A stretch of 64,000 nt of DNA, from contig CAYJQX010000001.1 of the NCBI GenBank assembly GCA_964372755.1, positions 6,563 through 70,562 of the forward strand. Reading direction: 5' to 3'. Numbering within the stretch: position 1 is the stretch's first letter; each line of letters starts with the position of its first letter. The position numbers and the translations under genes are program-made. Below, in pieces: positions 45,839-55,306 of the stretch. The notes under the pieces were generated by a model. It was not told the origin of the DNA. It saw nothing but the letters and a program-made list of their open reading frames with translations, and made no database searches. This DNA comes from an uncultured Candidatus Saccharibacteria bacterium. Its GTDB lineage: Bacteria > Patescibacteriota > Minisyncoccia > UBA9983.

Positions 45839-47052
45839 TCTTTGCTTACAAAGCTAAAAAAATATCCGGCGAAAAAACAGAGGGCGCGTTGGAAGCTCGT
45901 GACCGTTTTGAACTGGCTCGCAATCTGCGGTCTAGCGGGTTCATTCTGACCGAATGGGAAGAAGCAAACAAAGAAAAGGGAAATGTTCTTAACATAAATT
46001 TTTCATTTCTTCAAAAAGTGTCTCTTTCCGATAAAATGATTTTCAGTAAAAATCTTTCAGCCATGGTTTCAGCGGGCATGCCAGTCGTAAGAGGGATAGA
46101 GACGTTAGCACGGGAGACAAGCAATAAAAATTTTCAAAAGATTTTAAAAGATATTGCCGACAATATCAAACGAGGAAAAAGCCTGAGTGAAAGCTTGAAA
46201 GAACATGAGAAAATCTTCTCTCCGCTTTTTGTCGCCATGGTCAAGGTAGGCGAGGAGGGCGGTAAACTTTCGGAATCTCTTTTACTTATCGGTTCTCAAC
46301 TGGAAAGAGACAACACGCTAAGAAGGAGAATCAAGGGAGCTTTGATGTATCCCCTTATAATATTGCTTGCTATGTTCGGGATCGGCGCGCTGATGATGAT
46401 TTACGTGGTGCCAACCTTGGTGGGTACTTTTACAGAGCTTGGAGTGGAACTTCCTAGCTCCACCAAGCTGATAATTTTTTTCAGCAATTCCCTCTCGCAT
46501 AATCCCATAATTACCTTCTCTATAATTTTTGCTTTAGCGGGGAGTCTTTTTTGGTTTTTAAAAACGGAAACAGGCAAAAGAATGATTGTGGAAATCATGC
46601 TTAAAATGCCGGTGCTTTCTGTTTTGGTCAAAAAGATTAACTCTGCCAGAACAGCCAGAGCCTTATCTTCTCTCATCGGTTCGGGTGTTAATTTGGTGGA
46701 AGGTTTGAATATTACTAAAAATGTTTTACAGAATTATCGTTACAGGGCAATTTTAGAAGAAGCTAGCAGTCGAATCCAAAAAGGAGGCACCTTATCGGAA
46801 ACTTTTCTCCGTTACGAAAATCTTTATCCCTCTTTGGTTGGAGAAATGGTTTCGGCGGGAGAAGAAACCGGCAAGCTCGGAGAAATGCTCAATCGCTTGG
46901 CTGACTTTTATGAAGAGGAAGTGGCTGATTCCACAAAAGACTTGTCCTCCATCATTGAGCCGATTATATTAATTTTTATCGGCATAGCAGTAGGCTTTTT
47001 TACAGTTTCCATGGTAAAACCTCTTTATTCGGTGTTAGACACCATTCAATAA
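45835..47052 (+). CDS. pilC: type IV pilus inner-membrane platform protein PilC (GspF family)
   Basis: Two GspF repeats with three TM helices. Confidence 0.85.
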   Translation: MIFAYKAKKISGEKTEGALEARDRFELARNLRSSGFILTEWEEANKEKGNVLNINFSFLQKVSLSDKMIFSKNLSAMVSAGMPVVRGIETLARETSNKNFQKILKDIADNIKRGKSLSESLKEHEKIFSPLFVAMVKVGEEGGKLSESLLLIGSQLERDNTLRRRIKGALMYPLIILLAMFGIGALMMIYVVPTLVGTFTELGVELPSSTKLIIFFSNSLSHNPIITFSIIFALAGSLFWFLKTETGKRMIVEIMLKMPVLSVLVKKINSARTARALSSLIGSGVNLVEGLNITKNVLQNYRYRAILEEASSRIQKGGTLSETFLRYENLYPSLVGEMVSAGEETGKLGEMLNRLADFYEEEVADSTKDLSSIIEPIILIFIGIAVGFFTVSMVKPLYSVLDTIQ

Positions 47053-47856
47053 ATGAACAAAAATTTTTACATTATTGGTAATTGGAAGATGAATCCCGTC
47101 AGCTTACTACAGGCAAGAAAATTAGCTTCTGAGTTGAAGAGGGGCGCTGTTAATTTAAAGAAAATAAAGCTTGTTATTTGCCCGCCTTATGTATATTTAA
47201 ATGTGATAAAACCCAGCCATAGTCTTTCTCTCGGAGCTCAAGATGTCTCCGTGGATGGCCCCGCGGGATCTTTTACGGGAGAAATTTCCTTAGAAATGCT
47301 AGGAGATTCTTCCGTGGATTGGATTATTGTGGGTCATTCCGAAAGAAGAGCAAAAGGAGAAACAAATATTCTAATAAATAAAAAAATTAAATTGGCTTTA
47401 AAGTCAGGTTTTAAAACTATTCTGTGTGTCGGGGAGCTAGAAAGAGGAGAAGAGGAAAGTAATTTTTTTGAAAACAAAAAAGAAAACGCCTTTGCATATG
47501 TCAGGAGGGAATTAAAAGAAGGCTTGTCTGGCATAGACAAAAAAAATTTAGCGAACCTCTTTATTGCTTACGAGCCGGTCTGGGCTCTCTCCTCTAATTC
47601 TAGAGGTCTTTCTGCTCCGCCTGAACATGCTTTTAAGATGGCTTTATATATAAGAAAAATCCTTTTGTCGGTAGTTGGCGAAAAAATTGCCAAATCAGTC
47701 CCCATTCTCTATGGAGGTTCAGTTTCAAAAGAAAACATTGCAGATTTTTTAAAGGATGGCTGGCTACAAGGCGCTCTTGTGGGATCAAAGAGTTTGAATG
47801 CCAAAGAATTTTTGGCGATTGCAAAAATTGCTTCCGCTACCGCGTACTTTAAGTAG
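47053..47856 (+). CDS. tpiA: triosephosphate isomerase
   Basis: GNWKMN, the catalytic GHSERR, and YGGS. Confidence 0.9.
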   Translation: MNKNFYIIGNWKMNPVSLLQARKLASELKRGAVNLKKIKLVICPPYVYLNVIKPSHSLSLGAQDVSVDGPAGSFTGEISLEMLGDSSVDWIIVGHSERRAKGETNILINKKIKLALKSGFKTILCVGELERGEEESNFFENKKENAFAYVRRELKEGLSGIDKKNLANLFIAYEPVWALSSNSRGLSAPPEHAFKMALYIRKILLSVVGEKIAKSVPILYGGSVSKENIADFLKDGWLQGALVGSKSLNAKEFLAIAKIASATAYFK

Positions 47857-47901
47857 GTTCAATTCCTGCTCTGCGCATTTCTTGCTACAATTAGGACCAA
47901 G

Positions 47902-48999
47902 ATGGATTTTAGAACCATTCGGAATTTTGACCCCAGAGACAAGCGAGTAATTGTTCGTGTTGATTTTAATGTCCCATTCAGAAATGGCAGGATTGAAGAT
48001 GACCACAGAATAAAGAAGTCTTTGCCGACGCTGAAATACTTGATCGATAAAGACGCTCAGATAATTCTCATTACTCATCTCTCTGATAATATTCCAGGAG
48101 CCTTAGTGGCGGTGTCTGATTATCTCAAGAAGATTTTTGAAACGGTTGTTTTTATTCCCGGTAACGATTTAAGTATTGCCAAAGAGACTCTGAAAATAAC
48201 GGTTCCCGGAGAAATTATTCTTCTTGATAACATACGACTTTTTGAGGGCGAAGAAAAAAACGATCCGGATTTTGCCAAGGAGTTGGCTTCTTTGGGGGAT
48301 TATTACGTGAATGATGCTTTTAGCGTAAGCCACAGATCGCATGCGTCCATCGTGGAGATGCCTAAAATAATGCCGGGGTTTGCGGGATTTCTTTTTGAAG
48401 AAGAATATAAAAATCTTAGCTTGGCTTTTAAGCCGGAACATCCCTTTTTGTTGATATTAGGAGGAGTGAAGTTTGAGAGCAAACTTGGGGTTTTAAATAA
48501 ATTTATAAAAATTGCCGATAAAATTTTCATCGGCGGAGGATTGGCTAATAATTTTTTTAAAGCGTTGGGAGAGGATATAGGAGAATCCGTGATGGATGAG
48601 ACGGTTAATGTTATGCCCTATATTGGCAACCCTAAAATATTTTTACCCATAGACAAAAGGATTAAAAATGGAAAAATCCTAGATCTAGGGCCTGAAAGTA
48701 TAAAATTTTTATCAGGTTTGATAGAAAGAGCAAAATTTATCTTGTGGAATGGGCCTCTGGGTAGTTACGAAACAGAAGACTTTGATTGGGGAACCAAAGA
48801 GTTAGCTAAAATTATTTCTCATTCAAAGGCTAAAATAGTGATTGGAGGGGGAAATACTTTAGATGTCCTAAAGCACCTAGTTGATGAAAGTGATTTAGAA
48901 AAACATGCTTTTCTCTCCACCGCCGGCGGAGCGATGCTGGAATTTTTAGCCAACGAAACCCTCGTCGGCCTAGAGGCTCTTAAAACAAAAAGAGATTAA
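47902..48999 (+). CDS. pgk: phosphoglycerate kinase (short form)
   Basis: RVDFNVP N-terminal signature and the C-terminal GGGLANNFFKALG, GGGNTL and STAGGAMLEFL. Confidence 0.8.
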   Translation: MDFRTIRNFDPRDKRVIVRVDFNVPFRNGRIEDDHRIKKSLPTLKYLIDKDAQIILITHLSDNIPGALVAVSDYLKKIFETVVFIPGNDLSIAKETLKITVPGEIILLDNIRLFEGEEKNDPDFAKELASLGDYYVNDAFSVSHRSHASIVEMPKIMPGFAGFLFEEEYKNLSLAFKPEHPFLLILGGVKFESKLGVLNKFIKIADKIFIGGGLANNFFKALGEDIGESVMDETVNVMPYIGNPKIFLPIDKRIKNGKILDLGPESIKFLSGLIERAKFILWNGPLGSYETEDFDWGTKELAKIISHSKAKIVIGGGNTLDVLKHLVDESDLEKHAFLSTAGGAMLEFLANETLVGLEALKTKRD

Positions 49000-49000
49000 G

Positions 49001-49016
49001 TGATATAATATTTTCT
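49001..49016 (+). promoter_or_regulatory. extended -10 TGATATAAT, 7 nt before the GTG start of recJ (leaderless-type)
   Basis: TGATATAAT attttct GTG. Confidence 0.45.
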
Positions 49017-50696
49017 GTGCTTAAGCAGTGGAGAATTATAGAAAAGCTTCATCCTCAGCTGGTTCAACATCTTCTTGAAACTCGAGGTCTCAAAGAGACA
49101 AAAGAAAAAGAAAGGTTTCTTTTCCCTGATTATGAAAATCATTTAATTGATCCATTTGAGATAAAGGGAATGGAGGAGCTTGTTGGCCGGTTTGTACAAG
49201 CGATCGATAAGAAGGAGATGATTGGCATATTAAGCGATTACGATGCCGATGGTGTGTGCTCGGCGGCGCTCTTTTCTGATTTTTTTCGTGCGATTGGCTA
49301 TAAAAAATATTTCATACATATTCCAGACAGAAACAAAGATGGTTATGGCCTTTCTTTGGATTTTGTCCTTGAAGCAAAAGAGAAAGGGGTGAGCTTGCTT
49401 TTTACTTTGGACTCGGGCGTCTCAAATTTCGAGGAGATAAAAAAAGCTTCCGAAATGGGAATAGATGTTATTGTGGTGGACCATCATGAACCGCCACCCA
49501 TACTTCCTTCCGCGCTTGTTATTGTGGATCCAAAACAAAAAGACGAGACATCTCCTTTTATCTATTTTTGTACGGCGGGATTATTATTTAAAATAATCTG
49601 TGCCCTTCTTAAAAAAAGGAATTTTGGTTTGCCTATCGGTTGGGAAAAATGGCTTTTGGATTTGGTGGCCGTGGCAACTATCGCCGACATGGTTCCCATG
49701 GTAAATGAAAACAGGATTCTTGTTCATTACGGTCTTAAAGTTTTACGCAGGAATCGTCGCCCCGGTTTAAATGCCTTGCTTCAGAGTAAAAGATTATGGG
49801 CGAGTAATTTATCCGAAGACGATGTTTCTTTTAGTATTGCTCCAAGTATCAATTTGGCTGGACGGATGACTCACGCTAAGGAAAGCCTAGACCTACTTCT
49901 TTCTCCGTCCGTAGAAGAGGCAAAGGAGATTATTTCAAGATTGAACACGCTCTCTCTCGATCGGAAAAAAGCTGTTTCTACGATCATAGATAGTTTGGAT
50001 AAAGAGCTTGGAGAAGGTAACAAAAAAAATTTGATTGTTTCGGGACATCCCGATTGGCATCCGGGAGTGCTGGGTTTGGCTGCAAACAAGATGGTGGAAA
50101 AATATGGGGGAATAGTTTTTCTTTGGGGGCAAGGAGCGGGAGACAACGCCAAAGGTTCTTGTCGGAGTGATGGCGGAGTGGATTTGGTAAGCTTAATGCA
50201 AGCTATGCCAGAAAATTTCTTGAGTGAATTCGGAGGACACAAATTAGCGGGCGGTTTTTCCTTGTCTTTGGAGAAAACAAAAAATTTGAAAAAAGTTATA
50301 GAAAAAACTTATAAAGCTTTTAAAAATCAGGAATCCGAAAAATCAATTTTTGCCGATGCGGAATTGGTTTTGGACGATGTAAATTGGCTTAATTATGAAA
50401 AAATAAGGAAACTTTCCCCGTTTGGCAAAGAGAATGTAAAGCCAATGTTTGTTTTTAGAGATATTATTATTGAAGAAATAAAAATCTTTGGCGTGGGAAG
50501 GGAACATATAAAACTCGTTTTGAACAATTCAAAAGGCGAAGAAATAACGGCCGTCAGTTTTTTTTCGGGATCTCATTTATGGGGAGTAAAAGAAAAGATT
50601 AAAAAAGGAGAAAAAATCGATCTTCTTGCTTCATTTGATATTGAGAATTATCGAGGCGCAAAAAATTTAATATTAAGGATAGTTGATGTAAAGTAA
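49017..50696 (+). CDS. recJ: single-stranded-DNA-specific exonuclease RecJ
   Basis: DHH motifs ILSDYDADGVCS, DHH (VVDHHEPP) and the DHHA1 GGGHKLAGGFSL. Confidence 0.8.
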   Translation: MLKQWRIIEKLHPQLVQHLLETRGLKETKEKERFLFPDYENHLIDPFEIKGMEELVGRFVQAIDKKEMIGILSDYDADGVCSAALFSDFFRAIGYKKYFIHIPDRNKDGYGLSLDFVLEAKEKGVSLLFTLDSGVSNFEEIKKASEMGIDVIVVDHHEPPPILPSALVIVDPKQKDETSPFIYFCTAGLLFKIICALLKKRNFGLPIGWEKWLLDLVAVATIADMVPMVNENRILVHYGLKVLRRNRRPGLNALLQSKRLWASNLSEDDVSFSIAPSINLAGRMTHAKESLDLLLSPSVEEAKEIISRLNTLSLDRKKAVSTIIDSLDKELGEGNKKNLIVSGHPDWHPGVLGLAANKMVEKYGGIVFLWGQGAGDNAKGSCRSDGGVDLVSLMQAMPENFLSEFGGHKLAGGFSLSLEKTKNLKKVIEKTYKAFKNQESEKSIFADAELVLDDVNWLNYEKIRKLSPFGKENVKPMFVFRDIIIEEIKIFGVGREHIKLVLNNSKGEEITAVSFFSGSHLWGVKEKIKKGEKIDLLASFDIENYRGAKNLILRIVDVK

Positions 50697-50706
50697 GAGC
50701 AGTATT

Positions 50707-51150
50707 ATGAATGAGCAAAAAATAGTCATTTATACCGATGGCGGAGCGAGAGGGAATCCGGGACCTTCAGGTATTGGAATTGTCATAAAAAATGAAAAAG
50801 AGGAAGCAATTAAGGTGTTTTCCGAGAGTATTGGTTTTAGAACTAACAACGAAGCGGAATATGAAGCCGTAATTATCGCCCTCATGAAATTAAAAGAAAT
50901 GACTTTGGAAGATGCTAAAAAAATTTCTGTTGAAATAAGAATGGACAGCCAGTTGGTAGCGAGACAGTTGAAGGGTGAATGGAAAATTAAAGAGAGTCGC
51001 TTAAAGGCCTTATCTTTGAGATTTAGCCAACTCGCTTCAAATTTTAAAGCCGTGAATTTTGTGGAAATTCCGAGAGAAAAAAACATTGAGGCGGACTTAT
51101 TGGCCAACAAGGCGATGGATTTGGCCGAAGAATCAAATTCGGAAATGTAA
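50707..51150 (+). CDS. rnhA: ribonuclease HI
   Basis: IYTDGGARGNPGPSGIG and the downstream E and D catalytic residues (NNEAEYEA, EIRMDSQLV). Confidence 0.8.
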   Translation: MNEQKIVIYTDGGARGNPGPSGIGIVIKNEKEEAIKVFSESIGFRTNNEAEYEAVIIALMKLKEMTLEDAKKISVEIRMDSQLVARQLKGEWKIKESRLKALSLRFSQLASNFKAVNFVEIPREKNIEADLLANKAMDLAEESNSEM

Positions 51151-51160
51151 GCCTTTTGAA

Positions 51161-52627
51161 ATGGATGTTTTTCTAAAAACAATTGTCGCCGGGTTCACCC
51201 TCGGTGTCTTTGTTTCTTCCGTATTTCCGCTCGACGACATTCTTATCCCTATCGTTTTTAGCTTCTTCTCTTTTTTTATTTTAGTTATTAGTTTTTTTCT
51301 GAGAAAGAAAACTTTCTTCCTGTTTTGCGGTCTTTTTGGTTTTTCTTTAGCCTTAGGAACTTTTTATTTTATTTCCTCAAGTCCGAAAATTATAAATTTT
51401 ATCCCGCAGAAGATTATTTTCGATGGCTATGTCAGCGAAGAACCAGACGAGAGGGAAAATAACGTAAGGCTGGTTATTGAATCGGAAGAATATGGGCGAA
51501 CGATGGTATATGCAAAAAAATACCCCTCCTTTTTTTATGGAGATAGGGTGGTTATCGAAGGGCTTTTAAAAAAACCAAAAGGTTTCCTTGATGACCGAGG
51601 GGAGTTTTTTGATTGGCCGGCATATCTTGCTAAAGACGGAATAAACAGCGAGATGATTTATCCAAAAATAGAGAAAGCGGAGGGGTTTTCAGGAAGTTTT
51701 TTTATCCGGAAGCTTCTTGAATTCAAAAATCTTTTCGTAAGATCTTTAAGGGCAAATATTCCGGAGCCGGAAGCCTCACTTTCCTCTGGAGTAACCATAG
51801 GAGCAAGAGGTTCTTTGCCTTACGAGATGGAGAATGATTTTAGAATATCCGGACTTAGTCATATTGTGGTTGTCTCCGGATACAATGTTTCCTTGGTGGC
51901 TGATTATATTTCCAGACTGGTTAATTTTTTCTCGGTCAGAGCCAGTTTTCTTTTTGGATTCTTGGGAGTTGTGGCATTTACTTTTATAACTGGGGCCTCA
52001 GCCACGGTTGTAAGGGCTTCTATTATGGCTTCTTTGATTCTTGTGGCAAGAAAAACTGGCCGGATGTATGCCGCTCCTCGGGCTCTGTGCATTGCTGGAT
52101 TTCTGATGATTTTAGAAAATCCCCGGCTTCTTGTTTTTGACCTCTCGTTTCAGCTTTCTTTCTTGGCTACGCTGGGTATTATGCTTTGTTCCAAACCATT
52201 GGAGGAAAGATTTTACAAATTGCCGAATTTTTTGGGCATCAGAGAAATAGCCTCGTCTACTCTTTCGGCGCAAATTTTTGTTTCGCCTCTTCTTGCCTAT
52301 AAAATAGGCATGGTTTCTTTTTCTGGAATTATTGCCAATCTTCTTGTTTTGATCACGGTGCCATTTCTAATGTTCTCTTCCGCGCTCACGGGGTTGCTTG
52401 GCATATTTTCTGAAATTCTGTCTTTGCCCTTTGCTTATGTTTCCTATATGGTTTCTCATTATATTATCGCTGTTTCCCATTACACGGCACTGATCCCGTA
52501 TGGATCGACAATCTTAGAAGATTTTTCCTTATCTCTTATGGTGTTGATTTACATAATAATTTTATCGGGTTTATTTTTCCTTATAAAATTAAATAAAAAA
52601 CAAGGATCTCAGCAAGATGAACAATAA
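51161..52627 (+). CDS. comEC: competence protein ComEC/Rec2 (DUF4131 + competence channel domains)
   Basis: Polytopic membrane protein with the competence-domain motif ISGLSHIVVVSGYNVSLVA. Start placed at the internal Met after rnhA. Confidence 0.7.
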   Translation: MDVFLKTIVAGFTLGVFVSSVFPLDDILIPIVFSFFSFFILVISFFLRKKTFFLFCGLFGFSLALGTFYFISSSPKIINFIPQKIIFDGYVSEEPDERENNVRLVIESEEYGRTMVYAKKYPSFFYGDRVVIEGLLKKPKGFLDDRGEFFDWPAYLAKDGINSEMIYPKIEKAEGFSGSFFIRKLLEFKNLFVRSLRANIPEPEASLSSGVTIGARGSLPYEMENDFRISGLSHIVVVSGYNVSLVADYISRLVNFFSVRASFLFGFLGVVAFTFITGASATVVRASIMASLILVARKTGRMYAAPRALCIAGFLMILENPRLLVFDLSFQLSFLATLGIMLCSKPLEERFYKLPNFLGIREIASSTLSAQIFVSPLLAYKIGMVSFSGIIANLLVLITVPFLMFSSALTGLLGIFSEILSLPFAYVSYMVSHYIIAVSHYTALIPYGSTILEDFSLSLMVLIYIIILSGLFFLIKLNKKQGSQQDEQ

Positions 52628-53480
52628 AAGAGTTTTTACCATTTCAATTTTTGGCCTGCTTTTGGCAAGTTGTCTGGTTGCTTGGTTCCTTGTTCTAAAG
52701 GAGTCTCCTCATTCTCTCAAGGTTTATTTTCTTGATGTCGGCCAAGGTGACGCTGTCTTTATTGAGACTCCAAATGGAAATCAAATTTTAGTTGACGGAG
52801 GCCCGTCCAACGGAAAAGCAGTAAAAGAGCTTTCCAAGATAATGCCTTTTTATGACAGGACTATCGATATGGTTTTAGCCAGCCATCCGCATGCCGATCA
52901 TATCGGCGGTTTAAACGAGGTTTTTGAGAGATACAAAGTTTCTTTGGTTGTTGATTCTGGGGTGGCGCATAAAACATCAGAGTACGAGGCTTATCAAAAA
53001 AATGTTAAAAACGAGAAAGCGAAATATATGAGTGGAGAAAGAGGCATGGCCATAAAGATAGACAATGAGGTTTATTTGGATATCTTATTGCCGATTCAAA
53101 CCAATGCTAATCTCGCTCCGCATGACGGCATGTTGGTTTTGAAGCTCCGTTCCCCTTATGGCAGTGTTTTTTTCTCTGGGGACATGGAGATGCCCTTGGA
53201 AAAATATTTGGCCAGTCTTCACGGCAATATCAAAAGTGCAATCCTGAAAGTCGGACACCACGGATCAAAAACATCCACCTCGGATGAGATTTTAGAAAAA
53301 GTGCAACCTGAATATGCCGTTATTCCAGTGGGAAAAGATAATAAATATGGACACCCGAATCTTGAGGTTTTGAAGAGACTGCGTGATTTAAACATAAAAA
53401 CTTTTCGCACGGATGAAGATGGCACTGTTGAAATTATTTTTGATGAAAAAGGCTTGAAAATTCCAAAAAATAATTTATAA
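52617..53480 (+). CDS. ComEC-associated metallo-beta-lactamase-fold hydrolase, encoded as a separate ORF
   Basis: N-terminal TM. MBL motif HPHADHIGG and the KVGHHGS block. Overlaps the comEC stop by 11 nt. In many bacteria this is the C-terminal domain of ComEC. Confidence 0.7.
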   Translation: MNNKRVFTISIFGLLLASCLVAWFLVLKESPHSLKVYFLDVGQGDAVFIETPNGNQILVDGGPSNGKAVKELSKIMPFYDRTIDMVLASHPHADHIGGLNEVFERYKVSLVVDSGVAHKTSEYEAYQKNVKNEKAKYMSGERGMAIKIDNEVYLDILLPIQTNANLAPHDGMLVLKLRSPYGSVFFSGDMEMPLEKYLASLHGNIKSAILKVGHHGSKTSTSDEILEKVQPEYAVIPVGKDNKYGHPNLEVLKRLRDLNIKTFRTDEDGTVEIIFDEKGLKIPKNNL

Positions 53481-53490
53481 TGACAGGCAT

Positions 53491-53964
53491 ATGAAAAATT
53501 TTGAAGAGACTCTTGTCATTATCAAACCGGAAGGACTACAAAGGAATTTACTCGGGGAAATTATTTCACGTTTTGAAAGGAAGGGTTTAAAAATAATCGG
53601 ACTAAAAATGGTCCATTTGGGCGACGTTATTTTAAACGATCACTATTTTCATCACAAAGACAAACCCTTCTTTGATTCCTTAAAAGAGTATATGAAGTCC
53701 TCGCCGGTTATAGTAATGGTTCTCTCCGGTCTCAAGGCGGTTTCGGCGGTAAGATTGATTGTTGGACCCACGAAGAGCTATGAAGCTGATGCGGGGACGA
53801 TCAGGGGAGACCTTTCTTTGAGTACTCAAACAAATATTGTTCATGCTTCCGACTCTGTCGAAAATGCCCAGATTGAAATAAAAAGGTTTTTTGGCGAGGA
53901 AGAACTTTTTGAATACAGAAAAATAGATATGGAATATGTTTATGGCGAAGACGAAAGAGGCTAA
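53491..53964 (+). CDS. ndk: nucleoside diphosphate kinase
   Basis: ETLVIIKPEG and the active-site NIVHASD (His). Confidence 0.85.
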   Translation: MKNFEETLVIIKPEGLQRNLLGEIISRFERKGLKIIGLKMVHLGDVILNDHYFHHKDKPFFDSLKEYMKSSPVIVMVLSGLKAVSAVRLIVGPTKSYEADAGTIRGDLSLSTQTNIVHASDSVENAQIEIKRFFGEEELFEYRKIDMEYVYGEDERG

Positions 53965-54003
53965 TTTCTTTAGATTTTATACGTTATTTGATATAATAAA
54001 TGT

Positions 54004-54132
54004 GGGTCATCGGGATATAACTTCCTAACAAAAATCACAAGGGAGCCTCATATTGTTCCGAAAGCTTAGCTTTCGGAATTGCGGGCACCCACCTGGCATT
54101 TAGCTAGGAGTGATTATATCCCTTCATGGCCC
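54004..54132 (+). ncRNA. candidate structured 5' leader / small RNA (unclassified)
   Basis: TATAAT at 53994-53999, then GGGTCATCGGGATATAA (54004-54020), which is complementary to TTATATCCCTTCATGGCCC (54114-54132). A perfect internal hairpin CCGAAAGC tta GCTTTCGG sits inside. The region lies upstream of the membrane-protein gene at 54210. Confidence 0.25.
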
Positions 54133-54209
54133 CCAGAAAAAATCTTTCCGAAAACTTTAAAAATAAGTGTTCTGGAAAGATTTTTTCTTTTGTTTTACTC
54201 TAATAAGAT

Positions 54210-54722
54210 ATGGAACCAAAGGCTAGACGAAGTCTTGTGAAATTTTTTCCGTTCATTACCTCGATAGCAATCTTTTTTGTGCTGTCTCTTATAAATTATC
54301 TGGCGGTTAGATCTTATCTATATTGGAAAATCTATTGGTTGGATATGGTCATGCATTCTTTAGGCGGACTAGCTCTCGGACTTTTATTTTTCTCGCTTCT
54401 TTTTTATTTGAAAGAAAATAACAAACTCTTTTCTCCGAAATATTTTATTTTTCTCTCTGTAGTATCTTTTGCAGTTTTTGGAGGAGTAATGTGGGAAATG
54501 TTTGAATATGTTATCAGAGAATTTTTTTCTCCTCTTATAGACTTAAGACGAAATTTGGTTTTTGGGGAGATAGGTTACCAAGATACAATTTCAGATTTAG
54601 GATTTGATTTTTTGGGAGGCTTGTTTGCTGGCCTTTTTTCTGTTCTCTATATCAGATATAATGAATCCCATGCGAGAAAAAGAAACATTGGAGAAAATGA
54701 TGCATCCGGACTGGAGTCATAA
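54210..54722 (+). CDS. small polytopic membrane protein, unknown function
   Basis: Four TM helices. Confidence 0.4.
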   Translation: MEPKARRSLVKFFPFITSIAIFFVLSLINYLAVRSYLYWKIYWLDMVMHSLGGLALGLLFFSLLFYLKENNKLFSPKYFIFLSVVSFAVFGGVMWEMFEYVIREFFSPLIDLRRNLVFGEIGYQDTISDLGFDFLGGLFAGLFSVLYIRYNESHARKRNIGENDASGLES

Positions 54723-55275
54723 ATACAAAATTTGTGTTTCTGGTAGCGCTTCGATGGCCGTTTGCGGAGAAGGAGCTAAAAATAAAGCAATTCTTGTTGG
54801 AGAGGAAATCGCTAAACAGGGTGGGGTTATCACGACCGGAGCAACGACCGGATTTCCTTACTGGTCTTCCTTCGGGGCAAAAAAGGCAGGCGGAATCTCT
54901 ATCGGCATTTCTCCGGCTATTACGGAGATTGAACACGTAAAAAAATATCATTTACCCACGGATACTTTCGATCTGATCATCTATACCGGCGCGGGATATT
55001 CAGCGAGAAATTTGCTTCTTACTCGTTCGTCTGATGCTGTTATTTTAGGCTGTGGAAGAATAGGCACCATAAATGAATTTACGGTCGCTTTTGAAGATAA
55101 AAAACCAATCGGGGTTTTAGAAGGGGATTGGACACTAGACGAAACTTTAAAAAATATTATCGAAAAAGCCAAAAGAGGAACTTCGGCTGGAATAATTTTT
55201 GACAGTGATCCCGTATCTTTAGTTTCAAAAGTCATTACCCTGATAGAAAAGAAAAAAAATCGTTTAAGACAATAA
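54697..55275 (+). CDS. TIGR00725-family Rossmann-fold protein (LOG/DprA-like SLOG family)
   Basis: KICVSGSAS...GEGAKNKAILVGEEIAKQGGVITTGATTGFPYW matches the TIGR00725 pattern. Start is uncertain (the ORF overlaps the upstream gene). Confidence 0.5.
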   Translation: MMHPDWSHKYKICVSGSASMAVCGEGAKNKAILVGEEIAKQGGVITTGATTGFPYWSSFGAKKAGGISIGISPAITEIEHVKKYHLPTDTFDLIIYTGAGYSARNLLLTRSSDAVILGCGRIGTINEFTVAFEDKKPIGVLEGDWTLDETLKNIIEKAKRGTSAGIIFDSDPVSLVSKVITLIEKKKNRLRQ

Positions 55276-55306
55276 TAATTTTTACTTATCTTCTATTTCC
55301 CGTGAA

